Assembly: GCA_033762295.1 (NCBI GenBank)
Contig: JANRLW010000082.1
Location: 1 to 51,587 of the forward strand
DNA: 51,587 bases
Reading direction: 5' to 3'
Source of the DNA: Capsulimonadales bacterium
GTDB lineage: Bacteria > Armatimonadota > Armatimonadia > Armatimonadales > Armatimonadaceae
Position numbers and translations under genes: made by a program. Positions 28,827 through 38,546 of the stretch are shown one piece after another; position 1 is the first letter of the stretch; each line of letters opens with the position of its first letter. The notes under the pieces are model-generated. The model did no database searches. It was given only the letters and a program-made list of their open reading frames with translations, and was not told the origin of the DNA.

Positions 28827-29615
28827 TCAGCGATGAAATAGCGAACGCGCAAACGCAATATCTTCCGCCAGTAGCGTGTCCAGGCGATCTCCGTCGTCGT
28901 ATTCGGCGGTCAGGCAGACGACGCCCGAGTACTCACGGGAGCGCAGCGACGCGGCGACCCGCGGCCAGGAAGCCAGCCCGTGACGACCCGATGTCCAGTA
29001 CGGACGCCATCGCGCGACCTCCGCTTCCGGACCGTTCGTTCGCTGCCAGAAGGCGTTCTTCAGATTGACCATCCGGAGTCGGGGCCACACGATATCCAGG
29101 GCGAGTTCCGGTTCCTCGCCCTGAAGCGCGTTGTGCGCGGCATCCCAGACGGCGGCCACGAGCGTCGGATCGTACGGTTCGAGCAGGTGGCGTAGTCCCA
29201 TAGCGTGACAGATGTCCCGCCCATAATGATTCTGGATGCCCAGCGTGACACCGTACCGTTCCAGATGCGGCAGGGCGTCATCGAACTCGCGCCGCAGACG
29301 CGCCACCCCCTCGTCATAGGTCTCGTCCGGGCGGATGGAAACGCAGATCCGAATGACCGGCACACCCGCCGCCCCGCAGGTCGCGATCGTCCGCTCATCG
29401 GTCGGACCGGCGATGCTTTCTATCCGCAGACCGAAATCGGCGAACGTTTTAACCGCTCGCGGGAGTTCGGTCTCCGCGTTTTCCGGGCGGACCGGATACC
29501 CCGGACGCACGGGCAATTCGACCCCGTCGAAGCCGAAACCGGCGATGTGACGCGCCAGGTCCGGGATCTCCGATCGGTACGGCTTGGTAAAGACGGTGAA
29601 GAGAATAGTGCTCAC
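28827..29615 (-). CDS. Sugar phosphate isomerase/epimerase (xylose isomerase-like TIM barrel)
   Basis: GFDGVELPVR, LGIQNH, WDAAH motifs. Confidence 0.85.
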   Translation of the reverse strand: MSTILFTVFTKPYRSEIPDLARHIAGFGFDGVELPVRPGYPVRPENAETELPRAVKTFADFGLRIESIAGPTDERTIATCGAAGVPVIRICVSIRPDETYDEGVARLRREFDDALPHLERYGVTLGIQNHYGRDICHAMGLRHLLEPYDPTLVAAVWDAAHNALQGEEPELALDIVWPRLRMVNLKNAFWQRTNGPEAEVARWRPYWTSGRHGLASWPRVAASLRSREYSGVVCLTAEYDDGDRLDTLLAEDIAFARSLFHR

Positions 29616-29634
29616 GGTTCGTTCCTTCCGCCGG

Positions 29635-30612
29635 TCAGGACAGCCACCCCGACGCCAGAATCCTTTCGGCGGCCTCCATGGTTTTCACGGCATCGCCGAA
29701 GTGCGACGGCGGGAGGGTCCGGTTCCGGACGGCGTCGATGAACTCCCGATTTTTCGCCTGGAACCCGCCATAAACGAACAACTGGTCGCTGCCCGCGAAC
29801 TCGCGGGTATCGAACCACTGTCCTTTCGTATCGCCGTCCGCGAACAGCGCGCCCTTTTCCTCGTGTTCCGCCTCGGCGCAGATGCCCGGCGCATGCATCT
29901 GGACCCGGAACACCCGACGTCCGCTCGTCCACGAGTTGAGCAGGACGCCGGTCGCGCCGTTGTCGAAGCGCAGCAGGGCCAGAATCAGGTTGATATCGGG
30001 CGTCCCGACCGCCCGCGTGACGGCATCGATCCCGACGATCTCGCCGCCGCAGAGCCAGCGCAGCGTGTCGATCGCATGCACCCCGTCATCCATCATCCGG
30101 TCCCGCGCCCCGAGCATCGGTTCGGGGCCGCGCTTGTAGAACTCGCAAACGGCATGGAGGATCGGGCCGCGCTTGCGGCACTCCCCGTAGAGGTGGGCGA
30201 CCATCGGCGCGGTTCGCCGCTGAAAACTTACCTGGGTGATACATCCGTTCGATTCCGCAAGATGGGCGAGCATCCGCGCCTGATGCAGGGTGATGCCCAT
30301 CGGTTTCTCGATGCAGAGGGAAAGCTTTTGCTGCAGACACCAGACCCAGAGATCGTACATCAGGTGTGGCTGCCCGATGACATAGACGGCGTCCGGCGCG
30401 GTTTCCTCGATCATCCGGCGGTAATCGTCGTACCGCTTCTCGATCCGATAACGCTCCGCCGTCGCCGTCCGCCGTTCCGCGTCCGAATCGCAGATTCCGG
30501 CGAACTCGACATCCCCGAAGGAGGCGAGGGAGGGATAATGGACACTGTTCGCCATTGCGCCCGCTCCGACCATCGCGACCCGTATCTTCGTTATCTTCGT
30601 TGACTCCGTCAC
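29635..30612 (-). CDS. Gfo/Idh/MocA family oxidoreductase
   Basis: VAMVGAGAMA, IEKPMG, DDGVHAID; GTG start at 30612 inferred. Confidence 0.9.
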   Translation of the reverse strand: MTESTKITKIRVAMVGAGAMANSVHYPSLASFGDVEFAGICDSDAERRTATAERYRIEKRYDDYRRMIEETAPDAVYVIGQPHLMYDLWVWCLQQKLSLCIEKPMGITLHQARMLAHLAESNGCITQVSFQRRTAPMVAHLYGECRKRGPILHAVCEFYKRGPEPMLGARDRMMDDGVHAIDTLRWLCGGEIVGIDAVTRAVGTPDINLILALLRFDNGATGVLLNSWTSGRRVFRVQMHAPGICAEAEHEEKGALFADGDTKGQWFDTREFAGSDQLFVYGGFQAKNREFIDAVRNRTLPPSHFGDAVKTMEAAERILASGWLS

Positions 30613-30634
30613 CGCGTCGTTCCCCCGGCTTCGT

Positions 30635-31837
30635 TCATCTGCCGGTGATTTCGTCGTGTTCGACCGGATTTCCTGCCCTGCCGGCCATGTCCGCGAACAC
30701 ACCGTTCCGGCCCAGACCGATCCAGCGGGCGGCGCGTTCGGCGGCGTCGCTCAGCCAGGGTTCGGCGTTTCGCAGGGCTTCCTCCAGCGTGCAGGGACCG
30801 GGAACGATCGGCAGCACCGCGTCCACCCCGGCTTCCGATGCCAGACGGGCGGGATCGATCTCTCCGGTGATTCCGCCGACCAGCGCCGCCGTCGGCACGC
30901 CCGCCGCTCGCGCCCGGTTGCCGACCCCGGCCACCGCCTTCCCGCCCAGCGTCTGCCCGTCCAGACGCCCTTCGCCGGTCAGCGCCAGGGTCGCGCCGAC
31001 CAGATGCCGTTCGAAGCCGACCGCCTCCAGCACCAGACGGATTCCGGGCAGGAGGACGGCGTTCGGGAACAGACGGAGCAGACCGGCCGCCGCGCCCCCT
31101 GCCGCCCCGGAACCGGGGCGGACCGGATCGATCCCCAGCACGCTTGCGAACCGGGCGAGGGCGGCGTCGAGCAGAACGATATCGTCGGGGGTCGCCCCTT
31201 TTTGCGGACCGAAGATCGCGGACGCGCCGTGAGGACCGGTCAGGGGATGATCGACATCGCAGGCGATCCGGACGTCGACCGAGGCGGGATCGAGGCGGAG
31301 TTCGGAGAAGTCGACGGACGCGAGATCGATCAGGGACGCGCCGCCGGGCGGCAGGTCGCAGCCCGCGCCGTCGCGCAGACGGACGCCCAGAGCGGTCAGC
31401 AGGCCCGCGCCGCCGTCGTTGGTCGCCGAACCGCCCAGACCGACGATCACGGTGCGTACCCCCGGATGTCGGACGGCGGCCAGCAGCAGTTCGCCGACGC
31501 CGTACGTGGTCGTTCGTTTCGGGTCGCGCCGCTCCGGCGGCACCTGCGTCAATCCCGCCGCGTCCGCCAGTTCGACGACCGCCGTTTCGCCCTTCCCGAG
31601 CAGTCCCCAGCAGGCTTCCCGCCGTTCGCCCAGCGCATCGGTTATCGTCTGCGCGATATTTCGTCCCCCGGTCGCCGTGACCAGAGCGGATCGCGTTCCC
31701 TCGCCGCCATCGGCGACCGGGAGTAGCACGCACTCGGTCTGCGGAAAGACCCGTCGCCAGCCCGCCGCCATCGCGCGTGCCGCCGCGTCCGCCGAGAGGG
31801 AACCCTTGAAGGAATCCGGGGCGAATACCACCTTCAT
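30635..31837 (-). CDS. glxK: Glycerate kinase (GlxK/GarK family)
   Basis: APDSFKGSL, PVADGGEGT, GLGGSATNDGGAG, FGPQKGA, TGEGRLDGQT. Confidence 0.93.
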   Translation of the reverse strand: MKVVFAPDSFKGSLSADAAARAMAAGWRRVFPQTECVLLPVADGGEGTRSALVTATGGRNIAQTITDALGERREACWGLLGKGETAVVELADAAGLTQVPPERRDPKRTTTYGVGELLLAAVRHPGVRTVIVGLGGSATNDGGAGLLTALGVRLRDGAGCDLPPGGASLIDLASVDFSELRLDPASVDVRIACDVDHPLTGPHGASAIFGPQKGATPDDIVLLDAALARFASVLGIDPVRPGSGAAGGAAAGLLRLFPNAVLLPGIRLVLEAVGFERHLVGATLALTGEGRLDGQTLGGKAVAGVGNRARAAGVPTAALVGGITGEIDPARLASEAGVDAVLPIVPGPCTLEEALRNAEPWLSDAAERAARWIGLGRNGVFADMAGRAGNPVEHDEITGR

Positions 31838-32313
31838 ACGCCGCGCCCCTTGATTCGGGTCACCGTTTCCAGCAGTCGTTTCGCCTCGCTCTGCTGATGA
31901 TGCATCATCGGGTCGAGGTGGGCGGACAGATACATCCGATCGAGCAGAACTCCGGCAGGACCGGGCGGCAGTCCGTATTCCAGAACGTCGGTCATCAGGG
32001 TGCCTGTCTGGAACTCATGAAATTTGTGACGGCGAACGAAGAAGGCGAACGGCCCGACCTCCTGTCGCTCCACGAAACCGTGCGGTTCGTTCCAATCCTC
32101 GATCCGGAGTTCGAGAATCCGCGACAGGGCGCCCTGTTTCCAGCGGAGCCGGAGAAGGGTATCTTCCCAGAGGGCGGTCTGCGCCTCGTTCAGGATTTCC
32201 TGGTCCGCCGTCAGGATGCGCCCGTAGCTTTTCAGGTTCTCAAAAAAATCGAAAACGGCCTGCGGCGGACGATCAATAAATATCTGATACTGCCGACGAA
32301 TAGGCGTTGCCAT
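31834..32313 (-). CDS. SRPBCC family protein
   Basis: VFDFF...FVERQEVGPFAFFVRRHKF...TLMTDVLEY pattern. Confidence 0.8.
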   Translation of the reverse strand: MATPIRRQYQIFIDRPPQAVFDFFENLKSYGRILTADQEILNEAQTALWEDTLLRLRWKQGALSRILELRIEDWNEPHGFVERQEVGPFAFFVRRHKFHEFQTGTLMTDVLEYGLPPGPAGVLLDRMYLSAHLDPMMHHQQSEAKRLLETVTRIKGRGV

Positions 32314-32348
32314 GAACTACACTATACAGCATCGTTCCGGAAAGCGGT

Positions 32349-34484
32349 CTAGTGTCGTCCCTGACGCAGCATCGGCGCGACCTCACTCGGTGGCAACGCC
32401 GCGCTGAACAGGTGACCCTGCATGACGTCACACCCCATTTTTAACAGGGTATCCCGCTGGGCCGGCGTTTCCACCCCCTCGGCGATGACCTTCAATCCGA
32501 GGGTATGCGACAGGTTGATGATCGCCCGGACCAGCGCTTCGTCCGCGCGGTTCTCGGCGACGCTCATCACGAAGGTGCGATCCACCTTGACCCCGTCGAT
32601 CGGGAAATTCCGAAGGTAGGGGAGCCAGGAGTATTTCGTCCCGAAATCGTCCACCGACAGGTGGATTCCGAGGTCGCGCAGACGTTTCAGCACCTCGATG
32701 ATCTTTTCGTCGTGCTGAACCAGCGTCCGTTCGGTCAGTTCCAGGTCCATCAGGCCGGGCGGCAGACCGACATGGTTCAGGTAGTCGTTCAATTTGTCCG
32801 GGAATTGCAGGTCGGTGAGCTGCGCGGCGGACAGATTCACCGACATCTGGACGGGATATCCGTTTCGATACCAGTCCACCGCCTGACGGCACGCCTCATG
32901 AACGGCCCAGGTTCCGAGCGGGACGATCAGGTTGGTCTCCTCCGCCAGCGGAATGACGGTCGCCGGAGAGATCCGTTCATGCTCGCTCGGATGCCAGCGC
33001 ATCAACGCCTCGACCCCGATCACGCGCCCGCGTTTGATATCGAACTGCGGCTGATAGTGCAGGAGCAGTTCCTCCTTCTGGATCGCCTGGGAGAGCCGGG
33101 CTTCCAGAGTGAACTGCTCGACCGAGTTGACCGGACTCGGCGCCGGTTTCGCAATGGTCGGATCGTAAAGGGAGTAACAGCCCCGTCCGCTCCCCTTGGC
33201 GCGATACATGGCATCGTCCGCTCTGGTGATCAGGTCGTCGGGGGTCTGGCCGTCCTGCGGGAAGAGACTGATCCCGATGCTGACCGTCAGCATCAACTGG
33301 TTCCCGTTCAGGTCGAACGGCTGAACGAAGCGGGAGAGCAGTTTTTCGGCGACCCGGATCGCGTCCCGCGCATCCCGTACCTGCGGCAGAATGACCACGA
33401 ATTCGTCGCCATGCAGACGCGCGACCATATCCTCGTCGCGCAGGCAGGAGCGCATTCGTTCGGCGATATTGGAGAGCAGGCGGTCGCCGGCGGTGTGTCC
33501 GAACGTATCATTGATCTTTTTGAACCGGTCGAGGTCCAGAAAGAGAACGGCGACGCTGTGCCGCCGCCGACCGGCGGCCGCGAGGCAGAAACGCAGGCGT
33601 TCGTTGAGGAGAATGCGATTGGGCAGTCCGGTCAGCGGGTCATGCTGCGCCTGCCGGGTAATCTCCTCCTCCCGGTTCTTGATCTGCGTCACATCGCGCG
33701 CCGTGGCAAAGAACCGTTTCTGACGCGGGTTGGGCAGGGCGATGCTCCATTGCAGCCAGCGATACTCCCCGTCCAGGTTCTCGCAGCGGCAGAGCAGCGC
33801 AAAGCTCTCCGACTCCTTCTGGGCCGACAGGGCTCTGGGCGGGAAAAGGAGTCGCTGGGCGTTCTCCCGATCGTCGGGATGGATATACGAGAAAAAGGTT
33901 CGACGAACAGGCCCGCTGTCCTTACCGAACAGCCGTTCAGCGGCCGGATTCAGACGTTCGAAGGTTCCGTTTTCGTCGAAGACACACATGATATCGGCGG
34001 AATGGAAAAAGAACGCATTGGAATCCGCCTGATTCTCAACGACAGGACCGACCACCGTGTCCGCACGGTCGTCGTGCGCGGGCAGGGCCTCCTTCCGGAA
34101 GGCCCGGTAGTAGGTGGCGAATCCGTCGGCGACGGCGAAGGTGCGAAAAACGTAGCACAGATCCCCGAGATTGGCGTCCCAGGCGGCGTTGGAGTTGCCT
34201 TTGAGAAGGTGTTTGTAGGCGGCGAACAGGGAGGGACGCAGGGTGCCGGAGAAGACTTCCCAGAGATTCATACCGGCCCAGGACGGGGTTCCGGCGGAGC
34301 CGTTCCGCGGCGGTGCGGTCCAGAGTCGTCCGTTCGGGGTTGCTTCGACGTAAACAATCCGCAGATCGTGATCGACCGTAAAGAAACCTTCCTCCGCCGT
34401 GTCCGTGACCCGTGCAGGAGACGTGGAATTCGGAAAGGCGGTTCCTCCGGTCACTCCCTCACCGGCGCTTTGCCCCATCCGCAT
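32349..34484 (-). CDS. PAS-GGDEF-EAL c-di-GMP enzyme
   Basis: PAS domain; HDPLTGLPNR, DLDRFKKINDTFGH, RLHGDEF; YQPQ, VEALMRW, DDFGT, AEGVET. Confidence 0.93.
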   Translation of the reverse strand: MRMGQSAGEGVTGGTAFPNSTSPARVTDTAEEGFFTVDHDLRIVYVEATPNGRLWTAPPRNGSAGTPSWAGMNLWEVFSGTLRPSLFAAYKHLLKGNSNAAWDANLGDLCYVFRTFAVADGFATYYRAFRKEALPAHDDRADTVVGPVVENQADSNAFFFHSADIMCVFDENGTFERLNPAAERLFGKDSGPVRRTFFSYIHPDDRENAQRLLFPPRALSAQKESESFALLCRCENLDGEYRWLQWSIALPNPRQKRFFATARDVTQIKNREEEITRQAQHDPLTGLPNRILLNERLRFCLAAAGRRRHSVAVLFLDLDRFKKINDTFGHTAGDRLLSNIAERMRSCLRDEDMVARLHGDEFVVILPQVRDARDAIRVAEKLLSRFVQPFDLNGNQLMLTVSIGISLFPQDGQTPDDLITRADDAMYRAKGSGRGCYSLYDPTIAKPAPSPVNSVEQFTLEARLSQAIQKEELLLHYQPQFDIKRGRVIGVEALMRWHPSEHERISPATVIPLAEETNLIVPLGTWAVHEACRQAVDWYRNGYPVQMSVNLSAAQLTDLQFPDKLNDYLNHVGLPPGLMDLELTERTLVQHDEKIIEVLKRLRDLGIHLSVDDFGTKYSWLPYLRNFPIDGVKVDRTFVMSVAENRADEALVRAIINLSHTLGLKVIAEGVETPAQRDTLLKMGCDVMQGHLFSAALPPSEVAPMLRQGRH

Positions 34485-34893
34485 GTCTGCCCTTGCTCCT
34501 TGATGATTTCACCCGATTTGTGCCGTAATGTCGACCGGAAACACTGGTATCGTATTTCTTGTTTTCTGGCAAATTTCGTGCCTTGACGATCTCCTTGTCC
34601 GCCAGAATTCACTGTTAATCGGAACGATATATTATCAATTCAGGTTAAATCTAGTTTGTTTGCCTGTAGCTCAGTTGATTCTACCGTATGAATGCCGGAT
34701 TATGTATTTTTTCCAAAGATTTTGGTAAGTATATTTTCCGCGGCATACTCTGTGCGCAGTCCGTAAGCACGGACGATTCGCACGAATGAATATTGGAAAT
34801 TCTACCAGAAATAAGACGAATACTCGTCTGCGGAGTAAGAATCCCTCCGGGATTTCGGATGACGCTACCCCGCCAGAAACGGTAATATCATCC

Positions 34894-35346
34894 ATGGATC
34901 AGGAACAACCCATTCAGGAGGCGGCGATCTCTTTTGCCTCCTGGCAACCCGCGACACAAGGAGAAGCGATACCGCGAAGGACTATGCGACAGGAACGAGA
35001 TTCAATCGAAGAACGTTTTGCCCAGGCGGAAGCCGAAGTACGCCGCCTGAACACCCAGTTGGGGGACCTGCGAGAACAGTGGGAAAAAGACCGCGAACAG
35101 CAGACCGACGGCCTCAAGGACGAATATGAGGCGTTGAAGAAAGCGGTTCTGGATTATGTCATCGCCTACGGCGCGGTGGAGGTGCAGGTGGCCCTGCTCC
35201 ATGCCCGCCGGGATACCGATGGCGTTTACGACGGCATGATCTATGAGAACCTCCGGCGCTGTCTGGAGGAGCAGGCCGATGCCCTGCACGCGCTGCGAGT
35301 CTTGGCGCGCAATCTCCAGACGACGGATCGCCCCGCCCGAGATTAA
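34894..35346 (+). CDS. Hypothetical coiled-coil protein
   Basis: Helical E/R/Q-rich ORF; start uncertain (34786 or 34894). Confidence 0.55.
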   Translation: MDQEQPIQEAAISFASWQPATQGEAIPRRTMRQERDSIEERFAQAEAEVRRLNTQLGDLREQWEKDREQQTDGLKDEYEALKKAVLDYVIAYGAVEVQVALLHARRDTDGVYDGMIYENLRRCLEEQADALHALRVLARNLQTTDRPARD

Positions 35347-35613
35347 CGCGCGGTCACGCTTTCCCTGTTCGATTCCGGGAGCGGACGCCGTTCGGCGTCC
35401 GCTCCCTTTTCGTCTTTTGCCGCCGCCGTTTCCGCCCGCTCCGATCCCCCCTGACACCGCGTCGAAAACGACGCACAACAGACCATCTCCGCAAACCATC
35501 TTCACGATCCGTGTGGCGGAGGCGAAGGATCCGGCCGTTCAATCTTCATGATACCGATAGTAGATAGTAATGGATGACCCACTCATCCGTGATTTCCGAG
35601 ATGTTTTGAAGAT

Positions 35614-35635
35614 TGTTCTTACTTTTGTAAGAACA
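35614..35635. promoter_or_regulatory. Putative autoregulatory operator of the toxin-antitoxin operon
   Basis: Perfect inverted repeat TGTTCTTAC-TTTT-GTAAGAACA upstream of a TATAGT -10 and the antitoxin gene. Confidence 0.6.
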
Positions 35636-35692
35636 TTGAGATGCGGATATAGTGTTTGTTATTGAGGGATTGGTTAGAGGAGGTAGGAGAAG

Positions 35693-35989
35693 ATGCCCGT
35701 GAAACGGATTCAGCCGATTGGGAACAGTCGAGGGATTATCCTGACGAGTGAGCTCAAGGCCGCAGGATTAGAGGAGATCGTCGAGGTGACGGTTCGCGGA
35801 AACGAAATCGTCATCGGACCTCCACAGCGCAACCTCGCTCCGACACCGGCGCAAAAACCGGGCAAAAACCGGCAAAGTCGCCGCGAGGCTATGGAGTCGA
35901 CAATGAGTCAGTACGAATCGGCCTTGCGCCGTCTTGCCGATGCAGGATCCCAAGACGGTCAGGTGGACGGTCAGATGAAGGTTAGGTAA
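35693..35989 (+). CDS. AbrB/MazE-type antitoxin
   Basis: KRIQPIGNSRGIIL AbrB signature; AGGAGG RBS; lies upstream of a Doc toxin. Confidence 0.85.
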   Translation: MPVKRIQPIGNSRGIILTSELKAAGLEEIVEVTVRGNEIVIGPPQRNLAPTPAQKPGKNRQSRREAMESTMSQYESALRRLADAGSQDGQVDGQMKVR

Positions 35990-36003
35990 GGAATATCCAG
36001 GGC

Positions 36004-36438
36004 ATGACAAACGAGGACGTGGACAATTTGGAGTGGGAGGCGGATGAGATCGACTTCCTGACCTTAGAAGACGTCTACGAGATTCATGCGGAGGGACTTC
36101 GCCGGTTCACGCCGACCGAACCGGCGGGAGTCCGAGATCCAGGTCTCCTGGAATCTGCCGTGGAACGGCCCAAAGTGACCTGGGGTGGCGAGTTCTTGTA
36201 TTCGAGCCTCGCCGAGATGGCGGCTGCCTACCTGTACGGTCTAGCCCAGAATCATGCCTTCGAGAACGGGAACAAGCGCGTCGGATTCGCCGCCACTTCC
36301 TTCTTCCTCCGTATCAATGGCTATCGTCTGACTCTGTCCCAGAATGAAGCGGTGGAACTGACGATGAACGTCGTAAACGGTATCTGGGATCAGGAGAAAG
36401 CCGCCGAGGTCCTATTGAACGGTATGGAACTGCTGTAA
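36004..36438 (+). CDS. doc: Death-on-curing (Doc/Fic) family toxin
   Basis: GVRDPGLLESAVERP and HAFENGNKR Fic motif. Confidence 0.92.
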   Translation: MTNEDVDNLEWEADEIDFLTLEDVYEIHAEGLRRFTPTEPAGVRDPGLLESAVERPKVTWGGEFLYSSLAEMAAAYLYGLAQNHAFENGNKRVGFAATSFFLRINGYRLTLSQNEAVELTMNVVNGIWDQEKAAEVLLNGMELL

Positions 36439-36981
36439 GTTTCCGCTGACGATTCTCTTAATGCGGAATCGACAAACGCCAATGCCTTAATTATAAAGGC
36501 TCGAAAAAGCTGATTGTCGACTATTCCGGTTGGACTGGTAAAGTCCTCGGCATCCCTAAAGATAGGATAGGATGGCGAGAATGGGAAAGAATGCCAAGGT
36601 AGTGAAATCGCGAGCAACTGCGCGAGCCATCCGAAATGGCCCGTTCTTACCTGTCTTTTCCATGACATAGCGTATTACCGAGGACAGAAGAAGCAGCTAC
36701 TTTATATGGGATTGTCTCTTGGTGGAACGGTTACTTGGAAACCCATGGGTGAACTGAACACAGAAGGGCAAAGATTAAATAGGAAAATCTGATAATATCT
36801 TGTTACAATTATCATCAATCATTCTACTGCTTTTCACAGTAGAAACTTCTTTATTCTGGAAAGGAAAATAATATCAAATCGTGCTAACAATTTCGTTTCG
36901 CTGATTGCGCTTATGGTTGCAGTGACTCTTGGTTGCGATCCACCGCCCGCACCCGGCGCTCCCTCCTGTAATGCGGACGCC

Positions 36982-38538
36982 CTAGTCGTCGGGCAGGCGC
37001 ACGCGATAGCGCACCAGAACCTTATGCTCTGTCGAGGTGTCGCTCAGAAAATCGAGCGTATCGGGCCGATCCTCCTCACGGGTGAAGTACAGATATCCGT
37101 CCCGGAGGTCGCCGTGAATACGCGCCGCCGGGCCGTTTCGAAGAACCGGTGTCGACGCGCCCAGCGGAGTCCCCGGCGTATCGGTGCGCACCCGCGTCAG
37201 AAACGTTCCTTCGTCCCTCACGACGTTATCCTTCACCTCGACGACACTCCGCAAAACATACATTCGCTCCCCGGCGACAAGAAAGTTCCGGACACGCACC
37301 GGCCGGTTCCGTTCGTCCTTCAATACTCCGAACGAGCGTACATCCGAACCATCGGGCCGCGAGGACATCAGAACGACCTCCGGCGTCGGCTGATTGTCCG
37401 GTAAGGAAATACCTTCCTCGGGCGGCAACCCACGGAAGACCGTCCCCCCGGGTTCCGGCCATTCCAGCCACCATAGCCGGCCGTCGACGGCGACCACGCT
37501 CCCCCCGTACCCCGTTTTCTCCTCCTGCTCCGGTCGGGAACCGGACCGGGTCGGCGGATCGATCAGACGTACCCGCGTTTCCGGTCGGCCGGGAACCATT
37601 CCGTAACGTCGTGTGCGCTTCTCTCCGTGCCGCCCGCGATCGGTCCATACCAGCAGACCGCGCTCCCGGGCGAGAAACACCTCCGGAAGATTTCGCAGAA
37701 CCGTTTCCGATCGGCCGTCGAAATCCGTACGGACCAGCGTCTCCTCGGTCGCCATCTCCTGATAGGGCCGCTCCTTGTCCGGGAACACGCGGACGATCGT
37801 GGTCGCGCCCGGGCGCAGCCAGTACACCCCGGCCGGGGTCAGTTCGCAGGAGACCCGGTGCAGAGAGTAGCCGTCAATCGGCAGCGAGGTCACGGTCACC
37901 GTGTCCGATGCGGCGTCCTTGCCCAATCGAACCCGCACCAGCGCAGGCGGCGGGGCGTTGCGCACGATCGGACGCCGCACGGTCTCCCGCCGTTCCCGTC
38001 CCGGCTTCGGCTCCGAGGGACGGTAGAGCGTCACGTCCCCCACGAAACGCCTCGCGCCGTCCGAACCGTTCACGTCATCGGCTTCGTTCGGCCCGACTTC
38101 CCCCGGCGGTTCCTGGAGCAGCAGGAGGATTTCGTCCTCGGTCACCAGCGATTTCAAGAATTGGCGACGCCCGTCCTTTTCGACGAAAACGACGGTGGAC
38201 GGCTTGCCGTCCGGAGGAATCGAGTGCAGTTCCACGGAGGGACGGACCACCCGGGTTCCGCCCTGTGCCGGGACCGGGGAGAACGGGCGATTCACGACCA
38301 GACGATAGTACCGGTTATCCCGAACGGTCAGCAGGCCGCCGCCGATCTTGTAGGCTTCGTCCTTTCGAAGATCGGTAATCGAAAGAATCTCCGCGCCTCC
38401 GGAGGACGACGGGGGAAATCGCAGGGCTACCACTCCGACGACGACCGCGACCGCCGCCAGCAGAATGACCGGCACCACGACTCGAAGACGCCGATTCCCA
38501 CCGGCCGACCGCTGTTTCTCCCGACCGTTTTTGCCCAT
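36982..38538 (-). CDS. Hypothetical membrane-anchored protein, paralog of the adjacent gene
   Basis: 518 aa; N-terminal TM; motif blocks shared with 38547..40076. Confidence 0.75.
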   Translation of the reverse strand: MGKNGREKQRSAGGNRRLRVVVPVILLAAVAVVVGVVALRFPPSSSGGAEILSITDLRKDEAYKIGGGLLTVRDNRYYRLVVNRPFSPVPAQGGTRVVRPSVELHSIPPDGKPSTVVFVEKDGRRQFLKSLVTEDEILLLLQEPPGEVGPNEADDVNGSDGARRFVGDVTLYRPSEPKPGRERRETVRRPIVRNAPPPALVRVRLGKDAASDTVTVTSLPIDGYSLHRVSCELTPAGVYWLRPGATTIVRVFPDKERPYQEMATEETLVRTDFDGRSETVLRNLPEVFLARERGLLVWTDRGRHGEKRTRRYGMVPGRPETRVRLIDPPTRSGSRPEQEEKTGYGGSVVAVDGRLWWLEWPEPGGTVFRGLPPEEGISLPDNQPTPEVVLMSSRPDGSDVRSFGVLKDERNRPVRVRNFLVAGERMYVLRSVVEVKDNVVRDEGTFLTRVRTDTPGTPLGASTPVLRNGPAARIHGDLRDGYLYFTREEDRPDTLDFLSDTSTEHKVLVRYRVRLPDD

Positions 38539-38546
38539 ACGTTATC

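Noticed and set aside
32505..34586. 693-aa plus-strand ORF
   Set aside because: Antisense shadow of the GGDEF-EAL gene
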